A stretch of 64,000 bases of DNA from Dicyema japonicum (GCA_011109175.1 RDEW01000002.1:1953413-2017412); one strand, 5' to 3'. Shown: positions 12,433-26,370, counted from the stretch's first letter. Numbers and translations are program-made. The notes: generated by a model from the letters alone, not told the origin.

Positions 12433-13800
12433 AAGGGGTCCTATGGCTAAGTGGAACATTTTACCAAGGTCCTCGACATCTTTAGCTAAAAAAGTCATCT
12501 TTTTTAATATTTTTATATAAGTTTAAAATGAAATATTTATTTTCAAAAGAAAAAAAGGAAAATGATTATAAATGTTAATAGAACACATATTCTACTAAAT
12601 TGAATATATATTCTGTCGGATCCATATTAAGTAATATTTGTTCTTGAACAAATCTCAATATATTCTCAGATAAAGCGATATATTTAGTTTTTCTAAGAAT
12701 TTTTTCTCCATTTTGTAATCTTAAGAATTTAATCATTATGCCTTCTTCTTTTATCAATTTCTTTACAAAATTTCTTGGCGTCTTGTTTAGTGTCCCAAAT
12801 GTATTTCTAAAAACGTTGTGCCAGCCTTCAATTGAGTTATTTGTCCGAGGTAAGTCCTCATATAAATTATCCAGATTATTCCAATAATTAATTGGAAATT
12901 TTGGAATTAATGCATTTTCTTGATTTCCAATATAATTGATCGAAAAATATAATGGATTTAGAATTTCAGGAAAATCTGATCTCGACACTATCCAATCAAA
13001 AGTGTTCTTTACAGTATGTGTAGGAATATAGGAGAGGCATTTCAACAGTTTTACAAATCTATCGTTAATTTTAAATCACATTTAACCTATTTATATCTTC
13101 ATTGTTTATGTCGTTGAAAATTCCTAGTTCCAATATTTTTTATTAATATTTTGTCCTAGATGGAACATGCAGCAATTTATCCGTGCGTTTGGAAATGATT
13201 TTTGAAAAGAGTTTATTGCTCCTTTTTCAAAATCTGAGACAATAACTCTTGGTTCTAAATCCGGAATGAGACGTTTAATTATTTGAAGCATTGTGTCATA
13301 TTCATTTTCAGTTTTTGATGTTAAAAGACAGAATATTATTGGAATTACATGGTGATTAATTATTACCGAGATTGTGAATAATTGCTTCCAAGGAAAAGGG
13401 CAGACAAAAAAAGTCCCATCAATAGACCATATTTTATGATTTTTTAATGGTGTCGTCATTTCAGAATTAAAAAAATACCCATATTTGGTGAAAAGTGTAC
13501 ATATTGATTTTTCAGCGAAAATAGTTAGTCGGTGGAAATATATTTTATATTTAGTCGGTGAAAATACATCAAAAGTGAACCCCGTCGACATTATCGACGT
13601 TGCGTTGCCTTTCACGATTGCAACAGAGATCGATTAGCAGTCAACCAATCATAGATGGTGTTCAATCTCATCTGGGCGTTAGAGGCTGCAATTTGCGTCG
13701 ATCGGTTCCGTATTGCAATTATTGAGTCGTCTGCGTACAATAATAAAAAATTCCGTGTTCTTAATTTGATAGATTGAAAGGGGAAAAAATTGAAAAAAGT
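12433..13800 (-). mobile_element. MULE (Mutator-like) transposon, near-complete transposase with a 28-nt intron
   Basis: WSIDGTF, VSDFEKGAINS, CMFHLGQ, PRTNNSIEGWHN motifs; one A-run frameshift near 13140; intron 13059-13086; GGGGTCC terminus-like sequence near 12433. Left boundary uncertain. Confidence 0.85.
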
Positions 13801-14939
13801 CGGAGAAAGCGAATACCGTAATTTATTTATTTAAATACCCCAAGACAACGGTCAAAAATCGAAACTAACTATAAGTCCTCATCTTTGTCCAATCTTCCTC
13901 TCTCGATCCCACGCATGTACGTATTGGGCGGCTGTTTGCAGAAGTGCCTTGAGTCATTCCGGAATCTAGCCGCATGAGGACTTCCGGAAGAGTCAGTCCG
14001 GATCCATGTTCCCCAAAAGTCAATCACTTCCCGAGGTGAAAAAAGAAGTTTATTACAGAAGGCTTGGTTATCGATGTAAAGATGGCCTTCAACCCTGTTT
14101 CCTAACAAAAAATATATTTAGAATTTACATCCGACGTAAACTACCGGAGTCCCACAATGTTCCCCTTAGTATCCTATTTAACTCATTTCTACACGACTTT
14201 CCTAAGGTCTGGTTCCTATAATCAAAATATTAAATCAAGGAATCCTTCTATATCTATGGTACAGAAAATACTAAGAAAAAATAAAAGAACTTATTTGCCT
14301 GCAAATGAATGAGATGTCTGGTTATACAGAAACACAACCTTCCGAATATGTTTTATCATTTTTCATCAAATTCAACATTTTGGTAATAATCCATAAAAAT
14401 ATCCTTTTAATTTTTATTTTATGTCGATCACACGTATTCGATATGTGTGCAAGAGAAGGACGTCTAGAGTCTCCACCTCTAGAGTCTGCGGAGTCTGACA
14501 TCGAATAGGAGAAGATGGGAGAGACTAGAATCTGGGATCATAAAAACGCGACAAGAATGTAATTAATATGATTCCTAATCTCTGTTATATAACAATTACA
14601 TACCATTTTAGGTCATCAGATCGGTGCATCATATTACTCTATTGTTTCAATGTCATTAGAGTATACCACAGACACCTACCACTTAAGAATAATACTTCTT
14701 TAGATGGAAGATAATCCTTTACGATGTATTGTGGTTATCTAATTGTGATTACTCTCATCTCTTTGTAGATTCCGAGCTAGTGAATATTATTAGAATCTTC
14801 GAAGTAAATTTTTTCGTATTTCAAAGCTTAATTTTTAGAGTCGATAAAAAAAGGTGCCTTAAACTCCCTAAAAAACAAGTAAAACAATTCGCTAAGTTCA
14901 AATAAAGAGGACAAATGTTAAGACAATTTGTTAGTAAAG

Positions 14940-15310
14940 TCAGCAATCAAGGAACTCAGCAGCCATCAGGACATCAAGTAGAGAACTCGGATCGAGGGGG
15001 AAATCAGTGCTGATCCCAGTTTTGACGGCACTGGAGCAATATTGAAAGTAATCACAGACCTTATTTAAGACATGGGATCTAAGAAATGTAATTATGGGGG
15101 GAACGGTATATCCATGAAGAAAATTTCATTACTCTCACGTTCGGTAGAAAGAACTGGGCCATCCAACATTGCCTTAATTGTACCAGAACGGAGGGTATTC
15201 TTCCTTTTAATAATGAATTCAAAGTTATCATTGGAGATTAGTTTGATGTACATTGACTCTGACCCCTCAAGTCCTCCAATTTCGACATTGTCTTCGAAAA
15301 GTGTTGACAT
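14940..15310 (-). CDS. ELOC: Elongin C, about 114 aa
   Basis: [17 protein letters not shown]...SGTIKAML; 26-nt intron 15079-15104 joins MDIP to [11 protein letters not shown]...[13 protein letters not shown], matching the Elongin C C-terminus. Confidence 0.93.
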
Positions 15311-15399
15311 TAACAAGACCTAGATACGAATTTATTATTTATTCATTAGAATTTTTTAAATATTTTTAATTTTATTATTATAATTAATAATAACTAAAT

Positions 15400-17050
15400 C
15401 CAGTAAATTATCATAAGACAATCCAACCTCCCCAGATATCACACTCTGTTCACCACAGCTTTCAACAACAAATAAGTGTCCGTCATCTACGACAAACGAA
15501 GTGATCATAACCCTACTCTGCTAAAAATCAAGAGAAATTACCGGTGGAAAGAAGAAACCTGCATATATATACAATCTTGAAAATTGACAATTATTCCGAT
15601 CAGTTACGGATCAACAGTTGGCTAGTATATAGCTGGAAAACTTTACCTCCCTTGGCATAGTGGTTGCCTACGTTAACAAGGTCATTCTGGAAGCAAGATC
15701 TATGGCTGTCCCTAAAAGATATGTCGTTTACACGAGTGAGTAAGGAAAGAAGGCTCTCGTCAAGGAAAGAAACCGTCTTAAAAGAGCAGGGGTCCGTCTA
15801 AAACTGCTGAACGAGGTAATAAAAGCCAAAGAATTCAAAATACAGAATGCAAAATGGAAGACGGTCCTTACGTCATCAAATCGTAACCGGTCAACATCCG
15901 AAGTCTGGAAAACAATTCGAAATATCTCGAAAATGAACGAGAGGACTCCAGGAAATTACAAATTCAGTCAAAAGGACAAAAAATGAGACTGACTCACGCA
16001 AACCGCAGCTAAGTAAACCGAAAAAAGATCAATTAACTTATTTCACTGAAAAGGAGGTAATGGCATCCCTAAGCCAAACAAAAGAAACACATTCACATGG
16101 TCCAGACGGAATTCCCATAATTATCTAAAAAACCCTAGGTAATGAGGGAATCGGTACCATGACCAAAATCTAAAAATGTCGATTTACTAAAACTCAATCC
16201 CAACGATGTGGAAACTTGAAAACATCCGCCCAGTATTGAAGCCCAGAAAACCGAAAGAAGATCCAGCTTCATTCAGGCCTAATCTCTTTTGTGCTCCATG
16301 TCAAAAATTCTGGAAAAGCTCATCCTCGCGATAAACCGTTCCAGGATGGTTTCAAAAAGGATCTGTCCACAAAAAGCTTCCTCAGCTCCCTGACTAACTT
16401 TATTCGCTCTGGACTTCTGTGCAAGCCAAGACACCAGAAAATTGTGTTATGTTCACTGAACATACACAAAGCTTTTGACTCTGCCGAGAAAAAATCTAAC
16501 ATGGAAAATCTACGAATCAGATATCCCTGAAAACCTCAAACTCTGGCTGACTAACTTCCCTAGCGAACAGAGAGGAAGAATGTGCATAGGAAACATTTGT
16601 TCTGTCTCCCGTTATTCCCAAATGGAGTACCCCAGGGTTCGCCTCTATCACCATTCTTATTCAACTTATTTACGGCTGACATTCCGACGCCGAATGGAGA
16701 AGACGACCTGCTTCTGGCTAATGCAGACGATGTCGTCTTAGCCTCACGAGATCAGAACATCCAAACAGCGACAGAAAGAATACACCACATTGATCGGAAT
16801 ACAACACTAAAAATGTATGTCAATAAATACCGAAAAATCTGTTACAACTCTCTATACCTCTAACAAAAAAGATTGTCGAACAGAACAATAAAAGATACTT
16901 GGAGGGGAGAGCATTACCGTTCAGCAAATAGCAAAAAAATTGGGTCTGACTTTCGATACGCACATGAACTTTTCAGACACGTCACTACGTGCTGAACAAA
17001 TGTGAGAAGAAAATCAACCTTCTGAAATGCCTAATAGGTATCAATACATA
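15400..17050 (+). mobile_element. Decayed Jockey/I-like LINE (RT region)
   Basis: PFQDGF, SLNIHKAFDS, GVPQGSPLSPFLFNLF, ANADDVVL; related to 5700-8660. Confidence 0.8.
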
Positions 17051-17429
17051 AAAGACCGTATTTTTAATAGTTATGTATGAAATTGAAAAAATGTAAGTAA
17101 TAGAATGCTATACCAAAAAATACAACCTAAAAAGGCATTGCCACTCTANACACGTCACTACGTGCTGAATAAATGTGATAAGAAAATCAACCTTCTGAAA
17201 TGCCTAATAGGTATCAATACATAAAAGACCGTATTTTTAATAGTTATGTATGAAATTGAAAAAATGTAAGTAATAGAATGCTATACCAAAAAAATACAAC
17301 CTAAAAAGGCATTGGCACTCTAATCATCGATCATACGATTATTTCAAAGGTTGCTTATTAACCAAGAAGTTATATTGAGTTGCTTATTAATCAACAATTA
17401 GGCTTCAAAATATTCCAGTTTTTGTCCCT

Positions 17430-18500
17430 CTTATTAAAAATTGGTAATTTTGCTTTTTCTTACATCTTGAGGTATGAAAATTGCAACTAAATAGAACTTT
17501 AAAGCATCGGATGGATGACAAATAAATTTAAAAAAAAGACATGAAATCAAATTCAAAATCTTTACGGGCGAAAATAACTCATGCACTCGTGATAGAATTC
17601 AATTTTTTTGAAAGTTTTTTTTATGAAAAAATTGATGAATGTGGGAAAAATAATATTTTCAATCTAGATGAAATTTGTCTTTTATCAAAAAAAAGAAAGA
17701 AACAAAGACCCTTAAAATCATTTGTACAAAACGTAAAAATTCGTCAGGGTCCAAAACAATTAAGGAAAAATTTTTGCTCTTTAGTGATGAAAAATTTAAT
17801 CCTTTATTAATTAGGAAATTAAAAATTCTCAGATGTTTCAGAAAATTATCCCAGAGGATTATGGTGCTAATCCAGAAATGGCTGGATGCCAAGAGATATT
17901 TTTAATCAATGGTTATTTTTAATCAATGAACGAATGAAATTTGGAAAAAGAAAAATCGTAATCCTTCTTGACAACGCTTCGTGTCATGAAAATAAATGCT
18001 ACTCAAATATCGACTTTTTTTACCAAAAAATACAACACCAATTCTTCAACCATTGGACAATGGGATAATCAAAGCTTTTAAAGATAATTATTCGAAGGCG
18101 TTAATTGAATTTATTTGTTGCATAGATGAAGAAGATTTTTTTGCGAATCACTTTAAATAATTAATTTACGCAAATCATTGATAATAGTGTCGTAATCACG
18201 GCAAAATGTATCCTGTGAACTAATTGAAAATTGCTGGGATAATGCCTTCGGCAATGAAATCTGATAATCTGACGGATGATGTTAAAAAACATGTTGTAGA
18301 CGAATTTTTGGAAAGTCCTGAAAGCAGGAATAATGAAGAATTTTTTTATAATGGTATGCAAAATAAAAAGACGACGATCAAAGAAATAGCAAAAAACTAT
18401 TGAACATCAGTTTTAGATAATGCTCCAAGTTAGATAAAGGATTTTTCAGTAGTTCAAGGAAGAACTATAAATATGGAAATAGAATTGATGATTATTTTTC
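17430..18500 (+). mobile_element. pogo/Tigger transposase remnant
   Basis: NIFNLDE, KFNPLLIRK, WMPRDIFNQW, ILLDNASCH fragments in shifting frames. Confidence 0.8.
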
Positions 18501-18684
18501 AATAAATAATGATTTTTAAGACTTTCTTGCATTAATTAAATTATTAAATTTATATTGGTGTTAATTTTTTGACAGACCCTCGGTTTTTTGAGCAACCTCA
18601 GTTTTTTGAACTCTTTGTGTTCACAATCGACGTCCGATTGTATACAATATAAGAGGTCACTTAGAACTTGTAGAAAATAAGATA

Positions 18685-20757
18685 CAACGTAAATAATTGA
18701 ATTAAAATTAATTCCATAAATAAAACAAACTAATCCCGAAATCTTGACACATTCAGTAGATCCCTCATCCATACACAAGTGGTCCACGGCTCATTGTCAG
18801 TGAAGTTAAGATCGATACAAAAACTTATCGTTAGGTAGCCAAATAGTCTAAATAGATCATTTTGAATGGCTGCTAAGTATTGGGCGTCTCCTAAGTAGAG
18901 TAGATATGATTACGCTACCAGATGGAAGTAGGATGAATCCTCAATCAAGTAAGCAGCGACTACATAAGTGTGTGTTGTTTGAGCCCCAAAAAGTATGATG
19001 AGATTGACGGTATGATCCGCGGAGAACTCAAATAAAAACATACTATTCCATGATAATTTGAGCCGTAAACTGTATGGAGTAGTCATACTAAATGAGCGTA
19101 TTTTTATGCAAATACACAAAACCCTGATAGATGAGTCAAGTGTGTCCGCCAGAAGCTGGCCATAATAACGGCCGAGAAAACACTTACATTAATTTATGTC
19201 TGTAATCGTGTCAAAGGCTCTTGATAAATTTATTTATCTTTGATCTGTTGAACATTTCAATCTGCGGCTACAGCCTTGATAACTGGGTCAAGTGTGTCTG
19301 CCAGAAGCAGGCCATAATAACGGCCGAGAAAACACTTCCATTTGTTTATGTCTGTAATCGGGTCAAAAGCTCTTGATAAATTTATCCATCTTTGATCTGT
19401 TGAACATTTCAATCTGCGGCTACAGACTGCATCGGATGTTGATCTCCTTTCTCAAAATCTGCATTGACTTTCTGGTAAGTATTTGTAACGGATCCATTTA
19501 TTCATTTCATAACAATATTTTCCTGAATTTTAATTCTTTAAAATGAAAAAGATTGAATAGAATCAGTAATAATCTTGAATTAGGAAGAGACGTTGGTCCA
19601 TTTGACAGATTTTTTTAAATCTCATCCAAAAATATTATTGGATAACACAGAAATCATCAGAAGAATATATTAGGAATTTACCGGTCGCAGAAATTAAACA
19701 TGACTCTTTACGAGTTAGGTAAATGTGACCGATAAGAAAGAAATTAATAAATGTAGCTAGCGACTCTTACCATATTTTTCGTATGGAAATGATGACAACA
19801 TATAACCTCATTATGGAGAATTTTTAAATCAAAATTATACTGGGGGCTTTCGTGAACAGCAGAGAAATAAAATTCCTAACTGAACTAGAATTTTTAACAT
19901 AATTAAGGTACGTTCCAGTCAACCAGAGAGTAATGATTTTAGCCATCTGTGTATAATGGAGGGATAATCGTTGCGTTTATCTTGTTGCAAATAACGTGAC
20001 GAAGGTCCTGTCTAAGGACTTAGAAACGTCAATGGAGGCAAGGAAAATATGGAGTAGCGGTTTGTGATTGTTGGATCCATCTGCAATTTAGTCAGTTAAC
20101 TTGATAGATGGCTATATGTTGAATACTTTCCGCGGGAGTAGGAAGACAAATTATTCATTTGCTCATGGGTTACGCGGGATTGCAATTAATCAATTGTCTA
20201 AAATTATAATAAATGAGAGAATTAATTAATAAAACCAAATAGTTAACAGCGAATTCCTCCTTCCAATCTATAAGGAAATGTTCTCAGTGAGCCAGCTGCT
20301 ATCTCTTTTTTCGTTTTTATTTTTGCGATGAGCGATCTTATTCGGTTCACAGGTTCAGTGATCTGCTTCATATGAGTCCTGATGTTTACAAGGCGAATGA
20401 TTAAAAATGAACATACAAGGAGACCACTGAGACATTCTTATAAGAAAATAGTAGAGACCTTGAGTAGACTGAAAAATTTAAGACATGACTGATAAAGATA
20501 AAACAATTTCCAAGTAACTTCAATTTAAAATGAGGTCAACTAGTTATGTCAAAAAACACAAAAATAATAGAATTTGTAATCCAAAATTTTGCCTTTAATA
20601 TAAGAAATTCATCAAGACAAGTAAAACAGAGCTAACATATCTATTTTATGAATTCTCCCACTCAAATTGAAAATTTCCAAAACTTAATCAGAACAAGATT
20701 AAAAAAGACATAAGAAATACTGAAGTTGCAAAAGTAATCTGGGGACAGGTTGATACA
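18685..20757. repeat. Left arm of a roughly 2-kb inverted duplication (partner 24408-26370)
   Basis: Collinear reverse-complement similarity across the length, e.g. GGCCGAGAAAACACTTACATTAATTTAT (near 19170) vs its complement near 25870. Confidence 0.9.
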
Positions 20758-21004
20758 CAGAAAAGGAAATAGTTATCGTCTAATGAAATGATCCCGGTGT
20801 GACTGAGTCTTCCTTTGTTTCGACTTTGTCTGCAATTTTTCATGATCGTCCAAAAGAAGGAAAATTGATCTCAAATATGCGAGCACACTTCTGATAAGCA
20901 AGAAACTCATCTTCAAGGGGGTTACCTGAGATCGCACCAATTTTAAAAATTTTTGTTGTTAGTCACGAGATGTTCCATAACTTTTTTGGTATCTAATGTG
21001 TTCT

Positions 21005-21436
21005 TCAGAAAGCCACACTTCATTTTCATTTCAAGCAACATAGTAAGAAAATGTCTGCCTTAATCAAGAAACAACCTCCCGATGGGACTCAGTTCGGTGT
21101 CGCTGGGGTATATCCTCACATCAAGATCGCCATTAGCACTTCCGCTTGTGCGATATTTTCGAGAAATGGGTCTGTCCAGACGCAGCCAGCACTAGATGAT
21201 CATGAATATTGAGGACCTTGCTTGCATATGAGTTTACGAAGTTGAGACCAAAGTAGTGGGTCTCGTACTCGCCGAGGGTGTTATTAATTACGCCAAGAAT
21301 CTCAGATCCGGTCGTTGTCCTCTAACAGATAGTAATAGATTACTACATTCACGAAAAACGCTTTGACAATTTATTGGGGAATCACACGTGGACTGGCAAA
21401 GGTGGCGGATCTATTCGAGAATTGATGGTGGCTCAT
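21005..21436 (-). pseudogene. FERM-domain gene pseudogene (5' part only)
   Basis: Near-identical to 35490-35920 but has a +1 frameshift near codon 12 and is truncated at about 21005. Confidence 0.85.
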
Positions 21437-22072
21437 TTGGTTATCAGGCAGTCAACAATAATAAACATCGATCGCCATCTATTCTATGACACCATAAGAA
21501 TTAACTACGATCGAGTTGTTTGAATTTGTAGCTATTCTCGCAGAATAAAAATAACTAAATAATTCCATTAATTGCCGCATGCAGCATGAATTGTCCATAA
21601 ATGTCGTATATTTGATTAAAGTCGAAGATAGATTTTGTCTTTTATATCTTTTCCGGTTTATCACACAATTTTAAGCAATCCATGTCTTAGTGATGTGAAC
21701 GATCACTGCCTTTAAATAATCAACAGTTATGACACGTGGGAAAGTATACTTTTGGTTCAGTGTTACGATTAATTATTTCTTTTATCGATGACTCGTCTAG
21801 ATTGTTAGCTCTACACAAAAGAAATCGTTTTAAATTCAGGCGAACGACACGATGAACCTCAATAATATTGGAGTGGATTATGAATGTCTCAATTCTGCTC
21901 ATGACGATAATTTATAGTTAATTGGAGCGACTAGTAACTCTCAATTTTAAAATTCCCGTTTAATAAGACAGTGACACTTAACAAAAATTAAAATGAAATA
22001 CATAAAGTCCAAAAGACCTCGGTAGCCCTAAATTAACTAAACAGGTGATCCCGGAAAGATCTGAAAGAGACT

Positions 22073-23173
22073 TCACACAAAGGAGACAACAACTGCAGTA
22101 ATGTCGTCTCTGTAGCTCCGAGATATCCCACGTGGAATTGATAAAAGTTTTTCAAACATCGAGTTATCTTTTAGATTCCCACGAAGAGCAGTTTCAAAAA
22201 GCTTAGTGACTACATTAGGAGAACAACCACCAAATTGTGAAATATGCGATCCAACAATTTCAGCCACGTGTTCATTATCCAAAAAATCAAGAATTCCTTT
22301 GGTTCCCATAACAACACAAATATCCTCAGGCCTGATTGAGTGAGACATAACTTCTGGGTTAGATTTGAGGTATGGGGGAGACTTGTATAATTCAGGAAGC
22401 ATAATATTTCCCTCCATGCCTTTAGAAGTCATAAATTTCTTCACCCCAGAGAGGTATTCACGAGTCCACTTGAACTGGAAGTTTCCGAATGCTCGAAGAG
22501 GCATAGATATTCCACACAGTCCACCATTAACAAAGATTTCTTTTTTTTCTTCCTCAGGGACCGAGTTTTTAATTCTTTCGACTTCGTTTAAATTCTCGAA
22601 AGTATGAGGATTAGTGAGTTTAACTGCTTTGAATTTCCCATTATCAGCAGAAACAACGAATGCGGAACAATCCCCCATATTAGCGACATAAATGGTCCCA
22701 TCAGTGATGTATGCAAGGCAGGTAGATGCTCCGGAAAGAGCTGTCAAGAGAGACTGGTGGATTATTCAAAAAAGTGACCTCAATATTTGGTTGAGAAGAA
22801 TATTCAAGGCTGATTTTTTTATCGAAGAATGTGAACCCCGACGAAATCGACTCCGCTATAGTTGAGGTTAATTTTGAATTAGTCGAATCAAGATGGGAGA
22901 TCTACTTTTTTTACTCATATTTACATTAATTGGTCTGTAAATGAAGGAGCCAATTACGTATGGTAGAAACTTTGAGCAAAATCTACCACAATGATGTCCT
23001 CCAAAACCGTCAACAACGCCAATGAAAAATTCATATTTATTGCAAATCTTTTTTTTGACGATAAAGTCTTCACATATAGTATTGGACAGAAGCTGATTTG
23101 ATATAATGGATTTGACAAAAGGAGAGAAACATCTAATAATTTGCTCGTTCTCTGTTAAGAGTTTCAAACTCAT
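22073..23173 (-). CDS. PP2C-family, pyruvate dehydrogenase phosphatase-like protein, copy 1 (350 aa, probable pseudophosphatase)
   Basis: Introns 22902-22924 (23 nt) and 22754-22778 (25 nt) give an open frame; PDP-like motifs SNQL..N..ED, GVVDG, ANMGDC, MPLRAFG, PPYL..PEV, SRSYRDDIT. Confidence 0.9.
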
Positions 23174-23639
23174 TAAAATTCATAATTTATTTAAATTATT
23201 ATTATTAGGGCAACCAACTAATTTAAATTTCTTTTTAATAAAAATTCATAAAGATATTTATAGATTTGCATTTAATGATTATTTCAGTTATATTATTTTA
23301 AATAAGATTTCAATTTTAATCCATTTTTAAGCCATTGTTATTTACATTTATTCTCAATTATAAAATTTAATAAAATAAATTTTTAGTAAAAAAAGTACAG
23401 ATATCATAGTTGTTCAAGGATGTTAGGTCACGTTCACAGAAAGCTCATTATTACCCTAGAAATATTCGGAGTTTTGTTTTGAACTTAGATAAAAAACTTT
23501 TCTTTTGGAAATGTTCGATTGTCTTTATCTGTTATAAAATTTTTTTTGTAGATACACATTTTAAAACTGCGAATCATTTAAAGGAAAATGTATGATTTCT
23601 ATTTTCATTTCACAATTCATTTAAAAAATGAACGATATT

Positions 23640-24170
23640 TATCTCAGATAATCCCAGCGATCGAGTTAGTTGGTCTTTGAAGGTTACCAAAGCTTTCATC
23701 CATGAGGTACTCTTTCCGTCACGTCTTTTTGAAGAGGGCATTTTGAACTACCTTCTGAAACGAAAACCAGGATTATGTTAAACAGATTTCTGCCAAAAAC
23801 TAATTAAATTGTTTTCTATTTGAGCTTCCTAGCAAATTGTAATTGTTGACAATATGTTTTTTGCACATTAATGAGAGACTCACAAATGAAAGAAGATACA
23901 TAACTTCTTTAATTAGAAATGTTAAACATTCTAAATGAATAAATTTTGCGAATTGTAGAGAAATCGACTCTGCTTCTACTGCATCATCAATTTGTGTTGA
24001 AATTGATAAAGTTATGAAGGAGATTCTACGATATAATTTACGTTCTTTGATTACTGATTCGGCAGGATATATGACTTTTCACGTTAAGTGTATTTCATAT
24101 TTGCTACAAAATTGTGTATTTAAGATAAGATTTTATGTTGGATTAATTTCACCGACTAAAAGAAACTAAA
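23640..24170 (+). mobile_element. Decayed hAT-like transposase remnant
   Basis: LITDSAGYM...HVKCISYLLQNCVFKIR resembles the hAT SDxAxYM...HxxCxAHxLxNC block. Confidence 0.5.
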
Positions 24171-24407
24171 TGTGAAAATCTTCTTGTTGACTCTAGAGAG
24201 GTTGCATCGACTGTGGAATGTGTAACAGTTTTGTTAATTGTTTTTGTATTATTTTATTTAAAAAATCTCTCATATACGAATTTCCATATCATTAGTTTAC
24301 TATAGTTGCATTTGTTACCTAAAAGCTTTCAATCATTGGGATAAATAACACTTCGCAAATTCAATCAGATTAAAGCCGAAAGAGACTCAATCTGCAACTT
24401 TTTAATT

Positions 24408-26370
24408 ATATCGACCTGTCCTTAAATTACTTCTAGCCACCTCAGTATCTCCTATGTCTTTTTTAATCTTGTTCTGCTTAAGTTTTGCAAATTTTCAATT
24501 AGAGTGGAAAAAATTTAAAATCGACATGTTAGATATATTTTACTTGTCTTGTTGAATTTTTTATTTTAAAAACCAAAGTTTGGATTATAAGTTCATTTAT
24601 TTTGGTGTTTTCTGACAAAATAGTTGACCTCATTTTAAATTAAAGTTACTCAGAAGATGTTTTATCTAATCTTAAATTTTTTCAGTTCACTTAAGGTCTC
24701 TACTATTTTCGCATGAGAATGTCACAGTGGTTCGGTAAAGTTCATTTTTCAACCATTCGCCTTGTAAACATCAAAACTCATATGAAAAAGATCACTGAAC
24801 CTCTGAACCGGATAGGATCGCTTATCGCAACAATGACAACAAACAAGAAGTTAATAGCTGACTAATCGAGTGCATTTCCTTAAAGATTGAATAAAGGAAT
24901 TTGATTCTAACTATTTGGTTCTATTAATTAATTTTCTCATTTCTTTTAATTTTAGACAATTAGCTAAATGCAATCACTTTACGCGGAAAGCATTCAACAT
25001 CTAGCCTTCTATCAATTTAACTGACTACATTGCAGATGGATCCAACAATCATAAACCTCTACTTCAAATTTTTCTTGCCTCCATTGATAATTCAAAGGCC
25101 TTAGACCAGTCCTTCGTCACGTTATTTGCAACAAGATAAACGCAACGATTATCCCTCCATTTTACACAGATGGCTAAATTCATTACTCTCTGGTTGAATG
25201 GGACGTTCCTTAATAATGTTAGAAATATCTAGTTCAGTTAAGAAGTGTATTTCTCTGCCGTTCACGAAAGCCCCCAGTTTAATTTTGATTTAAAAATTCT
25301 CCATAATGAGCTTATATGTTATCATCATATCCATACGGAGAATATGATTAGAGTCGAGAGCAACATTTATCACTTTGAATCTTATCGGTCACATTTACCT
25401 AACTCATAAAGAGTCTTGTCTAATTTCTGCGACCAGTGAATTCCTAATATATTTTTCTGCCAATTTCTGTGATATCCAATAATATTTTTGGATGAGATTA
25501 AAAAAATCGGTCAAATGAACCAACGTCTCTTCCTAAATCAAGATTATTACTGATTCCAGTCAATCTTCTTCATTTTAAAGAATTAAAATTCAGGAAAATA
25601 TTGTTATGAAATGATTAAATAGATCCGTTACATCAAGATTATTACTGATTCCAGTCAATCTTCTTCATTTTAAAGAATTAGAATTCAGGAAAATATTGTT
25701 ATGAAATGAATAAATGGATCCGTTACAAATACTTACCAGAAAGTCAATTAGAGATTTTGAGAAAGGAGATCAACATCCGTGCAGTCAGTAGCCGCATATT
25801 GAAATGTTCAACAGATCAAAGATGGATAGATTTATCAAGAGCTTTTGACTCGATTACAGAAATAAATTAATGTAAGTGTTTTCTCGGCCGTTATTATGAC
25901 CAGCTTCTGGCAGACACACTTGACTCAGCTATCAGGGTTTCGTGTATTTGCATAAAAATACGCTCATTTAGTAGGACTACTCCATACAGTTTTCGACCGA
26001 ATTAATCATGGTGTAGTAGGTTTTTATCTGCGTACTCCGCGGATCATAACGTCAATCTCATCATTTTTTGGGCTCAAACACCACACACCTATGTAGTAGA
26101 TGTTACTTGATTGAAGATTTCTCCTACTTCCATCTGGTAGCGTAATCGCATCTACTTTACTTAGGAGACGCCAAATACTTAGCAGGCATTCAAAAGATCC
26201 ATTTAGACTATTTGGCTACCTAACGATGAGTTCTGGTATCGATCTTAACTTCACTGACAATGAACCGTGGACCACTTGTATTAGGATAAGGGATCTACTG
26301 AATGTGTCAAGATCTCGGGATTAGTTATTTTGATTTTATGGAATTAATCTTAGTTCAGGTATTTTACGAT
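24408..26370. repeat. Right arm of the roughly 2-kb inverted duplication
   Basis: Reverse complement of 18685-20757 with scattered substitutions and indels. Confidence 0.9.

Noticed and set aside
14460-14570. About 100-nt repeat shared with 55745-55835, possibly an LTR piece
   Set aside because: No TG...CA ends, PBS or PPT could be identified; left unclassified.
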